Notes: generated by a model not told the origin, from the sequence alone. Counted from the stretch's first letter, positions 26,820 to 41,799 are shown. The stretch is DNA of 64,000 nt from Octopus vulgaris (GCA_951406725.2 OX597815.1:106702001-106766000), one strand, 5' to 3'. Numbers and translations are program-made.

Positions 26820-27135
26820 ATGGGCTAAAGAGTTTCTATTTTGGATATATTTGGGGTACTTAGTTGTGCTCATGACTTAGTGTTCACTTCTTCCATGGGT
26901 ATAAGTAAGTATTTCACTTATTTCTTTGCCGCATTTATCACTGAGGAGGGAAGGTTCTTATGAACTAACTCTGAAATTGGGTCCGATATGGTAATAACGG
27001 AATTTTTTAAGAAATTTCCGTTGGCTTTCTTCGAAACGCGTGCTTGTAGTGATAAATTACACGGTTATTGACGTTGTGTCTATTTTCGGCATATTTTGGC
27101 ATTAGAAATTTTTTATTTTGCCCTTACTTATAAAT
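26820..27135 (+). mobile_element. PLE pseudo-LTR-like element (family P1) ending in (TA)n, with a hammerhead-like core
   Basis: ATTTATCA-CTGAGGA(26941)-GGGAAGG...CTTTCTTC-GAAA(27033)-CGCGTGCTTGTA-GTGATAAAT; homologous to 21473-21791 and 31471-31721. Confidence 0.6.
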
Positions 27136-27147
27136 GATATATATATG

Positions 27148-27211
<64 letters not shown>

Positions 27212-27327
27212 AGAAGCAATACTGGAAAAATCCCCGGCTGCAGTAAAGGCGCTGCACTAGCATGGCCTCAGCCTCTGGCTAAAACCTGTAATGTATATAT
27301 ATATATATATATATATGCATATATGTG

Positions 27328-27403
<76 letters not shown>

Positions 27404-27785
27404 AGTCTATACATACATACATACATACATACAGGCACGTGTATATGTGTGTCTTTATTGGGACAGGTATCTGGGATGAAAAGGAATCTTTTATAGTGCA
27501 TCGACACTTACACCTATGTTAATGTATTTTTATACTCGTATTTGTTGGAGGAGAGTTTGATCTTCACATTATTCAATTTATACATTCCTTTGTAGCAGAA
27601 AACCATTTAACTGAAATCCAAACGGATTTATACCCATTTGGATTTGATCTGAGGCATATTTTATGTCATTCACCACAAACTTCGCACGCACGCGCGCGCA
27701 CGCACACGCACACACGTATATTTATGTATGTATGCATACTGTTCTGTCTGTTCATCCGTTTATACATCCACACACACGCACGCAT

Positions 27786-27867
<82 letters not shown>

Positions 27868-27933
27868 AGGCACGCACACATGCATAAATGAATTTGCTCT
27901 ATAAATATTTTCAATGGAATTGATGAATTACTT

Positions 27934-28450
27934 TCGACCTCGGCGGAATTTGAACTCAGAACGTAGCGGCAGACAAAATACCGCTAAGTATTTTTCCCGT
28001 CGTGCTAACGTTTCTGCATCGCCAAACATTCTTTTTTTCTCTAGGCACAAGGCCCGAAATTTTGGGGGAGGGGAAAAGTCGATTAAATCGATCCCAGTGC
28101 TTAATTTATCGACCCCGAAGGTATGAAAGGCAAAGTCGACCTCGGCGGAATTTGAACTCAGAAGGTAAAAACAGACGAAATACCGCTAAACATTTCACCC
28201 GGCGTGCTAACGTTTCTTATTTCTTTATAGCCCACAAGGGGATAAACAAAGAGGGGACAAACAAGGACATACAAAGGGATCAAGTCGATTATATCGACCT
28301 CGGTGTGTAACTGGTATTTAATTTATCGACCTCGAAAGGATGAAAGGCAAAGTCGACTTCGGCGGAATTTGAACTCAGAACTTAAAGACAGACGAAACAC
28401 CGCTAAGCATTTCGCCCAGCGTGCTAACGTTTCTGTTAGCTCGCCGCCTT
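27934..28450 (-). mobile_element. nest of three SINE family C copies
   Basis: Three repeats of TCGAC(C/T)TCGGCGGAATTTGAACTCAGAA...CCGCTAA...GTGCTAACGTTTCT. TSD-like CATCGCCAA(A/G)CAT at 28017-28029 and 28451-28463. Confidence 0.85.
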
Positions 28451-28659
28451 CATCGCCAAGCATATTAATCACTGGAGTACGCACCTTTCAAAACACACTC
28501 AAACACATACATACATATATTTTATTTTGCAATTTAGTTGTTGAATATATGAATTATAATGTTTCTTCTGTTTTTATTTTAGCATTGTGCTATTTATTTT
28601 TGGCATTATGAGCCTTCGAGAGAATAATGTATTTGTAGGGCTCGTAATATTACAGTAGA

Positions 28660-28866
28660 AGGAAGGTGGTGAACTGCAGAATCGTCAGCACGCCGGGCAA
28701 AATGTTTAGCTGTATTTCATCCGTCTTACGTTTTGAGTTCAAATTCCGTCGAGGTCTACTTTGCCTTTTATCCTTTCGGGATCGATAAAACCAGTTCAGT
28801 GCTGGGATCGATGTAATCGACTTATACCTTCCGCCGAAATTGCTGGTTTTGTGCCAAAATTTGAAA
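28660..28866 (+). mobile_element. SINE family C
   Basis: AAGGTGGTGAACTGCAGAATCGTCAGCACGCCGGG...GAGTTCAAATTCC...GTGCCAAAATTTGAAA. Confidence 0.85.
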
Positions 28867-29170
28867 TTAATATTACAGTAGGAATCATGAACTTTAAAAC
28901 TTATTTTCACTAATTCGGGTAATAAAATCTACCTTAATGACATTTGTTTTACCATAAAAAGAAGCACATACATACGTTAATAAGCGTTTATGGAGATTGT
29001 AGAAGTTTGTTCATGGATTTTAGTACGCTATTGTTTTTAGCGAACTACACGAGAATTATGCGGAAATATGAAATAGAATACTTAATAGATGAGCAGAATT
29101 ATGTTTATGTCATAAATATTTATGCATTATATATACTGTATTACTTATTTATCACACTCGTACATACACA

Positions 29171-29204
<34 letters not shown>

Positions 29205-29818
29205 TTATTATATAAATAGATTTATGTAATCGCTTGAAGTTAAAGACTTCAGAAGGAAAAGTAGTGTCAAAATATATTTGTTAAAACTAAGTGACTTTGA
29301 ATGTTCACGCCTCCTATCTATGAAAGCAATTTGTTTAATGATCCTGAAAACCGTTAATAAGATTTTTCAGATAACAGAAACAAAAAGAAAAAGGAAGCAT
29401 TTGATTCGTTATACGTGTAAAGATAACATCATATAACTAAAATAAAACACAAATGAATAGATATCAAATAAATGAATAAAAACATAATTTCAGATATTTT
29501 AAGCCTTCATAAAATATCATCTATGTTGAAATACTACATAATACTATAATAAGAAAGAACGTAATTAGTTGCGAAGAAAGTGCGAGAGCAATATTATAGA
29601 GTAAGAAAATAAATAACGATAACTCGCTTAACAGTGTCAGAAACGATCGCCATTCATAAAACAGCATACAACGCGACAAAGAAAGAACAGAAGAAAAAAT
29701 GAATATATAAACATAGAATATGATAGTGCTGTAAATTTCTGGTTGATCATATTCCATGATGGAAATTTCTGACTATGATATTTCTTGTCAAACATTTTAA
29801 TGAATAGAGGGTGTTTCT

Positions 29819-30030
29819 TTTTTTTTTCTACTCTAGGCACAAGGCCTAAAATTTTTGGAGAGAGGCCAGTCGTTTAGATCGACCCCAGTACGCAACTGGT
29901 ACTTAATTTATCCACCCCGAAAGGCAAAGACGACCTCGGTGGAATTTGAACCCAGAACGTAAAGACAAGCGAAATACCGCTAAGCATTTTGGCCGGAGTG
30001 CTAACGTTTCTACCAGCTCGCCGTCTTGAG
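29819..30030 (-). mobile_element. SINE family C with 14-bp TSD
   Basis: Family C body flanked by TAGAGGGTGTTTCT at 29805-29818 and 30031-30044. Confidence 0.88.
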
Positions 30031-30404
30031 TAGAGGGTGTTTCTGACAGCGTTTTGAACGTTATTTGCTTTTCACGTTATATATTTCACTCGCTTCCTCA
30101 CTTCCTCATTCATGTCGTTACTGTTCTTCTTTCTGCAACATTGGAGATTTAGTAGTACTTGAAGAAGAACGCTGTTTTGTGAATGACTTAAATACCATCA
30201 GGTAATTATTGATTTACATCGTTATTTATTTATATTTATATTTATTTTATTTTTATGAATTTGTTTTTTTATAGTTTTTGTCATTGCATAAACATCCAAT
30301 CACATGCTTACTTTGTGATTTCGTTATCTTAGTAATATTATTAACTGTATCATTGCTCAAATCGATTATATATAATCAATTTGTCACGTTATATATATTT
30401 GTGT

Positions 30405-30547
30405 GTGTGGTTGTGTGATAAGAAGCTTGCTTCCCAACCTCATGGCTTCGGGTTCAGTTCCACATCGTGGCACCTAGGGAAATTGTCTTGTTCTATAACC
30501 CCAGGCCGATCAAAGCCTTGTGAGTGAATTTGGTCCTGAAAGAAGCT

Positions 30548-30619
<72 letters not shown>

Positions 30620-30620
30620 C

Positions 30621-30654
<34 letters not shown>

Positions 30655-30843
30655 GCACATATCTATGTGTGTACGGCTTTGTGTCTGTGTTTGTCTCCCG
30701 CCACTGATTGACAACCGGTGTTGGTGTACTTACGTCCCTCTAATTAGCAGTTCAGCAAAAGAAACTGCTAGAATAAGTACTACGTTTGTTCGACTAAACC
30801 CTTCAAGGCGATGCTCTAGTATAGCTGCAGTAAAATGACTGAA

Positions 30844-30845
<2 letters not shown>
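30405..30845 (+). mobile_element. SINE family A with long internal (TA)n
   Basis: Head GGTTGTGTGATAAGAAGCTTGCTTCCCAACC...GGGTTCAGTTCC and tail AAGGCGATGCTCTAGTATAGCTGCAG...TGACTGAAAC. Confidence 0.8.
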
Positions 30846-30879
<34 letters not shown>

Positions 30880-31185
30880 GTGTGTGCGTGTATGTGTATA
30901 TGCACACATATATACACATAAATGCTTTTTCATTTGTAGTAGACATGAAATTATAATAGTGACTGAAGTGCCGGGAATTAGGTGCATGGCATTTATCTCA
31001 GTTATCAAAGTGTGGTATGTGCAATACGCAGAATCCTCGTCCTTTGACTCATTTATATAACTTTTTGCTGATTAACAAAATATATGTATATATATATTCA
31101 CGTATATTTCCTTTGTTTGTGCTACCAAACCCTCTTTCTGTTTGTCTGTTTGTCCATACTTATATTTATTTATATTTGTGTGTGA

Positions 31186-31229
<44 letters not shown>

Positions 31230-31266
31230 ATATATACATATATTTAAATATGCATATATATATATG

Positions 31267-31372
<106 letters not shown>

Positions 31373-31470
31373 AATATATAACTAATGTAGGATAAAATTT
31401 TTTTTTTTCGGGAAAAAAATTTTATCAATGGCCAGCATATCAAAAATACCTTTAAAGGTTAGATTTATCA

Positions 31471-31714
31471 ATAATTTACAAAATAAGGGCCAAAGAAAAA
31501 TTCTAATGCCAAATATGCCGAAAAAAAGACAAAAATTGTCAATAACCATTATAATTTATGTGTCTCGAACCAAACCGATAGAAATTTCTAAAAAATCCGT
31601 TATTACCGTATTGAACCCAATTTCGAGACGCGTAAGTTATAATGGTTATTGACAAATTTTGTCTTTTATTTCGGCATATTTGGCATTAGAATTTTTCTTT
31701 TGCTCTTATTTTGT

Positions 31715-31721
<7 letters not shown>
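31471..31721. repeat. head-to-head inverted pair of family P1 3' ends between (TA)n tracts
   Basis: Arms at ~31471-31569 and 31622-31721. The loop is the continuing minus-strand P1 sequence (CCGTTATTACC...CCCAATTTC). Confidence 0.85.
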
Positions 31722-31750
<29 letters not shown>

Positions 31751-33554
31751 AACATACCATCATAAATATATACATGAACCTACATTACACACATACATAT
31801 GTACGGCAATTTCATCGAACCTTTGAGTAGCAGTTTGTGAAGTTTTTCAGCTTTAATAATGCACTATCTATCTATCTGTCAGTCAGTCAGTTTGTCTGTC
31901 TGTCTTCTGTATGTATGTATGTATGTATGTATGTATTTAGCAGATAGAGCGAACATCGAGAGGCTGTATTATTGGCTTACGCAATATCAATTGGTATTAT
32001 TGGTAATATAGTGTCGGTTTGGGGACACCAAATGCTCTCAAGATATTTAGCTTCGCCATCTAAATTCTACGGTCTTATTTCAATTCCTGACCGGGCCGAT
32101 GCGGTTTTTTCATGCTTCCCATGCCGGTAAAATAAGATAGAATGCAGTCTCAAAAGATTCATCATATGCTCTTCTCTGACAAAATTTGGCCTTGTAACAA
32201 TCAGATATATATAAACTGAAATTAATATTCTTTATCTTATAAATGTTTTACTGTTATAACGAATAATGATTTCTAAGATAGCAACTTTAGGAGATGCTAT
32301 AGACAATTAAATCGTCTCTATTACTTGGCTAGTATTTAACTATAAACCTTGGAAGGATGAAAATTAAAGTCGACTTCTTGAGTGAATTTCAACACTGAAT
32401 GTAAAAGAAATATGCTTTTTTTATATTTTTCCTTTTATATAATTCATATTTTCTTTTCGAAGTGTCTTCATAGAGGCTATACAGCAAGGCAGGATTACTC
32501 GCAAAATGCAAAATAGAACTAATATTGATTCGCTCTGATTAAGGTACAAAAACCTACTAATTCGACCATTTTCCGTTTTCCATGATTGGTAATATTAACG
32601 GTAATATTAATTAGTAACCTTAATACTACTAATAACCGGCATCGCAGAAGAAGACTTGAATAAATGTCAAATCTTTAATGAAATCGTAATTTTTGCTTGA
32701 TTCCATTTCAGGTTACACAGTACATGTTCTTGAAAAAAGGCATGATGAGGACAATATTCTATTTTTCGCCTTAATCTATAGAAACTTATTCCCAACAAAA
32801 GTAATTTATATTATTTCCGTTAGTGTGGTAAGTAGTCTAAAGCAAATGATATACTTCCGGTAGCCTCAATTGTAAGTCAGTTCCAATTTCCTGTTGTAGC
32901 CGTTTCACATCGCTAAGGTTGTAAATATATTTTAAAAAGAATGAACGCCATGTATTCTTATCCTCAACACCTATAGAATATGACATTACAAGAAAAAGAA
33001 ATAGAACAGATTTTATTAGAGAAGTGTTGTGGTGAAGAAAATTATATGGCGGACTGAATCTTTTTAATGAAGCTCACTTGACTCATTTTCCTTTGTCAGC
33101 TGAAATGTCATTTGAATTAACTTTATTCATCTGCATGATATCATCTGTATGATAGTCTATAAAGTAGTACCAGCAATATATACTAATCCGACCAACCATA
33201 TGACTCTCTAATAAATTTGTTGTATTGCCTCTGAGCTGAAACAATTTCGTAAGTGTTCGAGTTGAGATCTTATTTTAATTTCATTGTCGTCATTAAACAT
33301 ATGCAGTATCAAAGTATCAGGCCAAAACGTGGGTGTATCGGGAATAAAGGGAGAATAGCGTGCTCTACAAAAATGGCTTGCTGTATTGCTTATATGTTCC
33401 TTTACGTTTATTGTTCAAATCTCACTGAAGTCAACTTCACCTTTTATACTCCAGGACTTGATATTTATTAGGGTCAATTTAATTAACTACATTCTCGCCA
33501 CAAAAAATAAATAACCACGTGTCTATTTTAGAAATCGATATATTAGGATAGATT

Positions 33555-33755
33555 TAAGGCAGCGAAATGACGGGCAAAATGCTTAGCGGCATTTCTTCCA
33601 TCCTTACATTCAGAAATAAAATTCTGCCGAGGTCGACTTTGCTTTCCAATCTTTTGGAGTCGATGAAAAACGTACAAGTTGAGAACTGGGGTCGATGTAA
33701 TCGACTTACCACCTACTCTGAAATTGCTGACCTTGTGCCAAAATTTGAAACCGAT
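33555..33755 (+). mobile_element. SINE family C
   Basis: AAGGCAGCG...ATGCTTAGCGGCATTTC...GCCGAGGTCGACTTTGC...GTGCCAAAATTTGAAACC. Confidence 0.8.
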
Positions 33756-35958
33756 ATATTATGATAGATCCAGGTGTCTATACTATCAGCCATCTGGAAA
33801 TTGACCTTGCATCAGTTTTTCTATAATATGCGCTTTGGAAGTAATTAAGACTTGCAAAATGTCTATAAAAAGAACTGCATACGAAAACAGTAAATATAGA
33901 ATATTAAAAAAAGTAAGGAGGAAATTATCGCATCCGAAACTTATTGCTTTGAATAGTTATTTGTTGTTGGTTGTATTTCCTAATTCCTTTACCTCGATAC
34001 ACACACCTCAAACAAACGGAAAACAAAATACAAAACAAGAAATTTGAAAGAAACATATGGTGAGGAGATAGTTGGTGAAAAGAATAAATAGATGACTAAT
34101 AAAAATAACAATAACTTCCTGCTAAAGTTTGAAACCTCGTGAGAAGAGAAACACAATTTTGTGCATTTCATAAGATAATTAGCGTAGGGAACTTGTAAAT
34201 GTAAATGGAAACTATATCGTTATGGAAGATTCAATAAAAACAGCTACAGTCATTGGTAAAAACAAAACCCCAAAAGTAACACAAAAAATAAAACAAAAAC
34301 AAAGACGATGACATACATACAAATAATTTATAATTTGGCAGAAAGCCATAAATTTTACTTGATGACGTAGAAAGGGTCGATAGAATTCAGTACGTAAAGG
34401 GATGTAACTAAATACCACAAGCCATTTTCTCTGATGCTCCTTCTTTCCACATACTCTACTGTCCTATCAGTAATGATAATGATTTCTTTACATTGGTACG
34501 TTAAAAATATGGATGAGTACGAAAGCTGTGAGGACATGAAGCAGGTGGGAACCATTAAACTATAGAAAAAGAAAGACAGGTTTGCAACGGTTGAAATACC
34601 ATTAATTGAAAGTATTCTCCGTTAGAGCTGATTTGGGTATAATAGTTAGCGCCAGACAAAATGTCTGCACTATTTAGTAAGAGTTTTTTTAGGCTCCTGT
34701 GTGCCAAAACTCGTTGGGATCTACTTTGCCTTTCAACTTTCCGGGATTGACAATAAGGTAGCAATCAAGTACTGGATTCGATTTACTGTTCCTATAAAAC
34801 ATTCTAAGTGTGAATGGAATTATAATAGAAGACTGAGGCTGAAAAAATCTTTTGGTACAGTTTTCCAACCCAAAAAAGCACCTGTGATGTAGAGAACAAT
34901 TTGTTTTGACTAGAGTCAAGACTCCATATTTATAGGAGTTGAGAAATGGGCTTCCATTCGGAATGGTTGATAAATGCTATGTAAGAAGTAGGACCATACA
35001 TAACACATTACAAAAAAAAAAGAAAAAAAAGGCAATAACAACGACAGTTTGTTGCTAAATGTTAAGCGTGATAAATTTATGCCAGTAAGTTTCTTGTTTA
35101 CCCTTCTCACTTAAACATACTCTCCGATACCAAAATCTCATTAACTCAAAAACGAGAAAAAACAAAAAGAAAAAAATAGCAGAAAAATTCAAGCAATATA
35201 AAAAAACAAAACAAAACAAAAATAAATACAACATCAACGAGCAAAAACAGTAACTCGATAGATTGTGAAATCTTGTTAGAAGGCAAAGTATCTTCACTTT
35301 TGATAAGAGACAAAAATTATATATAAATACATACATACATATGTGCGTATGTATATGTGTATATGTATGTATTTATGTATGTATGTATGTATGTATGTAT
35401 GTATGTATGTATGAATTTACACGCGGGTACTAATAAGCAGAAACCCAACAAATGAAAAAAAAACGTGCACCATGATTACCTCCTCTTTTGTTTTTTACTC
35501 TCTCTCTCAACCTCTGTTTCGCTCACTTTGTCGTTATCTCAGTATTTTTATCTCTTTCTCTCTGGTGCCCTTTACTTTATTCACAGTCTGTGTTTTTCTT
35601 TCAAATATCTCGAGAAATTTCTAACTCAAAATTCTAGATATGAATACTATTATATTTGCTAAACGTTTCTTTTTTTGTTAGAACACTTGGTGATTGTTGC
35701 ATTTTTTAAATAGATTCATATGTGGCTATTTTAATGTCATATCACATAAGAAAAAGAAACTTACATAGTATTCTCACCATTCTTTAATATTTATTATGGA
35801 ACTTTTTTTTCTTCTAATCATTTCTCATTATTAGCAGATCAAGATTCAAAGAAGTTCCAGGAAACATAATTTCTGGGGTTTCAAATACGATAGTTTCAAC
35901 GTTCTGTTGCAGCCGTAGCTTACAGCGAGACAATTCTTAATTGAAGCCATTTTAGCTA

Positions 35959-36034
<76 letters not shown>

Positions 36035-36138
36035 CGCACGCACACACACACATACATATATACATGTACTCGCACACATACACACGCGTACACACACATT
36101 CATCAATCTATTTATCTATCTATCTACCTATCTATCTA

Positions 36139-36190
<52 letters not shown>

Positions 36191-36469
36191 AAGAAAGAGA
36201 GATAGAGATAGACAGATAGAGAGACAGGGAGTGAGAGATAGATAGAGAGATAGAGAGAGAATTCATTGCGCATCATTATATATTATACGGATTTTTTAGG
36301 TTTATATTTACAACATGCATTCTGACGGATAAGGAGAAAATGATAGTACTGCAGTGTTCATAACATTAATAGGTAAATGAAAGATGGCAGCATAGAATAA
36401 AATATAGCTGGAATAGAATAGAAAAGAATAGAATTTTATTCATAATAATTTGTATTTGCATTGTAGCAC

Positions 36470-36680
36470 CAACAAGGAGACATCTACCTTGTTGCTCTAA
36501 CTTAGAAAAATTGCTGCTAAATTTTTCACTAATCCATTCCTAACATCTGAAAAAGGCTGGGGATATGTAATGTTAGTCCTGGGTTCACTATATTTTAAAA
36601 GTAAAGAATGGTGACGATTGGAACACTCTGTATAAAAGTCTGCTCAGTAAGGAACTGCTCTCAGGTTTCCCAACAAAAAT
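36470..36680 (+). repeat. old dispersed repeat, family D
   Basis: CTTAGAAAAATTGCTGCTAAAT...TAATGTTAGTCCT...GAATGGTGACGATTGGAAC...GTCTGCTCAG. Confidence 0.45.
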
Positions 36681-36727
36681 ATATTTTTAAGTAAGACCCT
36701 AATAGGACATAATGGCTTCTTCGGCCG

Positions 36728-37175
36728 CAGGGAAGTTCACCAACAGTAATTCATCGACGGATATATCGATATTCTTAAAAGAAAAACATATCGAAAATAT
36801 CGATTAAAAATCACCAATTAGTAAATTGATTGGTTTTTATCTTTTCCAATGCTAAATTAATATATCTTAATGAATATCACAATTTCAATAATAAGCTAAA
36901 AATGAAAAGTAAGTACTTATTACTCGTAAAATTAATTTTAATAATTTGAACACTGATAAATCCTTGAAAGGATTTCTATAATGAGACGTCATGTGTTAAG
37001 CTTCCTTAAATATGAAGCGATAGATTAGTTAAGCTCGTAGTTTGCAACTCATTCTATCGTTTGAGCACACTTAAGATACGGTATTTTCATCTCTTCAATG
37101 GAGGCTCTGATAATCAGCGAATTGTTCGTCGGTGAATTGCCGTTTGTGGATTGCTATCGGTGAATTATCCACACA
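36728..37175. mobile_element. possible MITE with subterminal AATTCACC/GGTGAATT repeats
   Basis: Left GTTCACCAACAGTAATTCATCGACGG is roughly inverted relative to right CGTCGGTGAATTGCC...ATCGGTGAATTATCC; the interior is AT-rich. Confidence 0.35.
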
Positions 37176-37480
37176 TGGAATTCTTCACGTTAATAACATT
37201 ACTTTAGTATTCTTAGAAGAGAGAAAAAATTATCAAATTTATCGTCTTCAATTAATAAAATCTTCACTATAGGTTTTATGTTATATTCTATTCAGGTCTT
37301 ATTTTATTCTTTTGTGCCATATTCTATCCTCCCATTACAGCTAAGAGCGCTGCTCAATCATCTTCCCCCAATCTGTCTAAAATGACCATCTAATGTGTGT
37401 TGTGAATTGTATAACCTAAAATGACGTGCAATAAATTCTCTCCTTTCTCTCTATTTGTCTGTTTGTCTCTCGGTATCTAT

Positions 37481-37601
<121 letters not shown>

Positions 37602-37617
37602 TACATATATATATACA

Positions 37618-37650
<33 letters not shown>

Positions 37651-37730
37651 TTAGATATTCATTTATATACACATTTATATACACATTTATATATACGAAT
37701 ATATGTATACATAGTATGTGTGTGCATCTA

Positions 37731-37822
<92 letters not shown>

Positions 37823-39526
37823 GGAGTATATCCATTATATATATTACACTCTTACACATATACATACATATCTGTGTGCGTCTATGGTTGTGAATTTTAG
37901 TTGCTTACAAAGTAGATTACAGTCAAATGAAAATCACTAAACTCCCTTGACCCACCGCCGAATATTTACTTGCGATTTCATTCAGATTTAATGCTAATTT
38001 AGCATTCCTATTTGCTGATTTTCTTATGATTACTCTAGCAAGTACTGTGGGCACTATGATTTGCTGTAGAGGTCTAATAAGACCCAACCGCACAGGAATC
38101 AGCTCCTGTACTTCCAATTAAATATTTGATGTCACGTAATAAATATGCTCACCTATACTTGACTTTTAGTGCTTCTTCAGATGGCATATCTGATAAATTA
38201 ATTTCAATAAATATTATTCACATAATTAATGACGCTGCTGTTTCATCAAAGAGCATAGAATAAAATGAAAATCAGCTCATCTCTGAAAAAGCTTTTCCTT
38301 GTAACTCTTAACGGAAAGTAGAAAACAACGGTATTTGAATACAGTTTAACCTGCTCATATAAATAGAATCGTTAGAATTTATAAGTTACTGAAACTAACT
38401 GCGAACACGTTAATTTTTCTAATATTTTTTCCCCACACATTTATCTACATTTATATATTTTAGAGACAAAAAGAAACCTGATCTTTGATTTAAACCTAGT
38501 CTTTGATTTAAACAAATAATATATTATCTTAGTTAAAGCTAAGTGCCATAAATTTCTTTCGTTACCGATACTGCGTCATCTGGTCCAGCCTGCTCAGATT
38601 TACTCGATTCGATCTTGCGCCCCATCACGAAGTCATATTATGAACTTTTGCCTAGCCCTACAACAATGTCTTGCGAAACGCATATCCTACCTTTTTAATG
38701 ACAACAATTGACAGCAATTGCAGCAAGAATATCGTACTATCATTGTTTGGTCGTTGTTTTTTGTCACGTGAATCTCAGTACAAATATCTACTGCACAGTT
38801 GTAAAAATATGAAACAAAAACCAGAAATAAATGCTTGTAATTATGTAGCTCTGTGTGGATGGATATAATTTTAGTTGAATACAGTAAATAAGGTTAGGCT
38901 TTTACTTTATAGCAAAGTTAGTATTAAGAGTACGGGACAAGATAAAGATAGTGCAGGGTCTGTAACATATATTATAAAGGGTCCTTAATTTCCTTAAAAA
39001 AAACGTGCTCTTAAAATAAGACATATTTGAATAGCCAATATGTTTAAATCAGACAGCAGCACATAGTCGAATTGTAGCTACGAATCTCACTGCATATTTG
39101 AAGCAACAATACAGATAGATTATTTAGCACGTGAGGAGGCGGCACAGGAGCCATTCGCTGTTGGTTTGCTAGACATATATTCCAGAAGAGAGTGGACTAT
39201 AACTAACAGGACCATTGGAAATTTCATGTTTTGTAAGCTTTCTTAATTATGCCTTGATGCATACATCATAACATTGTTTCACTGTGTAACAAATTTTGAT
39301 AACGTCTTCAATTTCCTTCGAAAATTAAGTTCGTTCGAAGCGAAACTCTCGAATACACGGACGTCATGACAAGCAGAACAATACTGTAGAAGAGTCTCAT
39401 GGATCCAACTCTATACTATGAAGGTCCAATGTATAAAGATCAACTAGCACGGTGATTGGTAATGAAAATGGGTACGATGGTTTGCATAATGTTTTGCCTA
39501 AGCATGATATTTACATAGAGAAGACA

Positions 39527-39820
39527 GGTGTGTGGTTCAGTAGGTAGAGTATTCTGCTTTAGATCGTAAGGTAGTGAGTCTGATACTCGGAAGCGCAAGA
39601 CACTTTATTTCTTGTTCTTCCAGTCCACTCAGCTGGCAAAAATGAGTTCTGTCTGCAATTCAAAGGGTCAGCTTTGTTATGCTCTGTGTCATGCTGAATC
39701 CCACTACGTTAGGGGTACGCATGTCTGTGGAGTGCTCAGCCATTTGCGCGTTAATTTCATGAGCAGGCTGTTCGGTTCATTGGATTAACTGGAATACCCG
39801 TCATCGTAACCGACGGAGAG
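39527..39820 (+). mobile_element. tRNA-derived SINE, family B
   Basis: A-box-like TGGTTCAGTAGG, GCAAGACACTTTATTTC core shared with 50841, and 3' GAGCAGGCTGTTC...CGTAACCGACGG shared with 60820 (-). Confidence 0.75.
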
Positions 39821-41513
39821 CTAGGCCATATTTAGCTACCAGCCGACGTGGCCGAAACATTTACAAGTTTAATCTTGGAAGATGATGATTTAGAGACGGT
39901 AAATTACGAAGTAAAGTTGTGTCGATGGAACCTTCCTCTACAAACGATAATTTAGTTTTAAAACAGACCTAAAATCCTAAAAGTGAAATACTAGAACATT
40001 ACACGAATTCTCTAGTATATGGCATTGTTACTTGAGCAACTAAGTTACACAAGTTAAATTATCCACACCTCATACAAAACCCTAAATATAGAGAAAATTT
40101 GTTTTTGTTGTTCTAACATTGAAAATGTAATCATATCAATTTAAGGTTAATTGCGCTAAACAGGATAAGGCTCAAGTAGAAACAGTACACAATACAATTT
40201 AGGCGGGATTAGCAATACTGTGTCTATAATAGACTAATAGCAATTAGATTTCGGACTTGTTTATGAGGAAAATAATAATTAGCTTAATTATTGTATGGCG
40301 TGTTTAATAAATCAAAATAAAGAAATAAAATGCCAACCAATTAGTTATGATGTCTTCCCATTTACTGCTGCCATTCATTTTGTAATTTGTTTGATTTAAT
40401 GTATATAGAAGAATCTCAAATTCTTCTGAGTGTTGGCTGTGCTTAAACACTCAGTCCTATGACATAGTCGTATAATATACTATAGTTTATAGGATTGAAT
40501 ATTATAGTAATTGAGTAAATATAGAATCATCGAATCAGAATCAATAACTTACACGCACTGAATTGCTCCGGATCATTCTCAAAATCCCAGTTGTTTAGAA
40601 ATGTTGACAGCAGTAGAATACTGCAATAATAAAGCATTTCATGCGAGGTAAACGGAAATGCAGGGTCCTAAAGCATATATTACCCTTACTACTAGGTTTA
40701 TCCGGTACTGCATATGTAGATACAATTGTTCAATTGTTCATATCAACAACTAGCCCATCGGAAAACGTGCCAAAAGTACTAACAGCGTCATAAAACTGTG
40801 CTAGCTAGTCGGACAAGGTATCATATTGTACCAGTTTAAATCAATGTCCTTACGTGACATGAAAGGAGAGTCCGGTTGTGTTTCTCTATTCTAATTATGT
40901 TAAAGCAAAGATGGCATTTTTCTAATTATGCCTTAAGAAATATTAGATGGCCTTCAAAACACTTCGAAATATAAATAACATGATGCTCGCCAGTAAAGAA
41001 TCCAAGCAGTATTTCATGTGCACATATAAATGCAAATATATTCACTCAGAAATACACACACACTCATACACACACACGCACACACAGACACATACACACA
41101 TACAAGCACACAGACACATACACACACACGAACACACACACACACACAGACACACACACATACACACACACATACACACACGAACACACTGTTGAACACA
41201 ACTTTTAAAACAACTTTCACAGATTCTTATCCCCCTTTTGGATAATTCATAAACAATTTCTGCAGTAGCCGTGTTTATTCGCTAAGATTATTCTGTAGTC
41301 TATTATTAATGAGGTTGAGCAAGTAGCTACTACAACTGGCTTCTAAATGCATAATTCTTCCTTTAAAAATAGAAGCTACGTGAATAGACTACAAATAAAG
41401 ATTAATTAGAGCCAAGCTGAAACAAAGAGTTCAGTACGAAGTCAATTTATCTGCCATTGACTTGTTTTTTATAACTTCCATCATGTATTTAATGGTCCGG
41501 TGCTTATTCATTG

Positions 41514-41554
<41 letters not shown>

Positions 41555-41799
41555 AGTTATTATTACAGTTATTATTATTGTTACTGTATAATCTTGGTCA
41601 GTATTCACCAAGTGAACCTGAATGAGGAAGATTTCTCAAGATGCAACCCACAGTGCTAGTGCTCCAGTTATATATCATACACTACTCAGTTGTGAACAAC
41701 ACTGCAATTCAACGTTGAGTGATTTATCTTATGAGGTGGCGCCTAGCCGTCTGGGCAGTTGGCATATTTTCTACTGACCCTTCTGTCTCCCTATACCTG

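Noticed and set aside
39170-39250. pogo/Tigger-like IP......PL.ISCF peptide
   Set aside because: Too short and degenerate, with no TIRs found.
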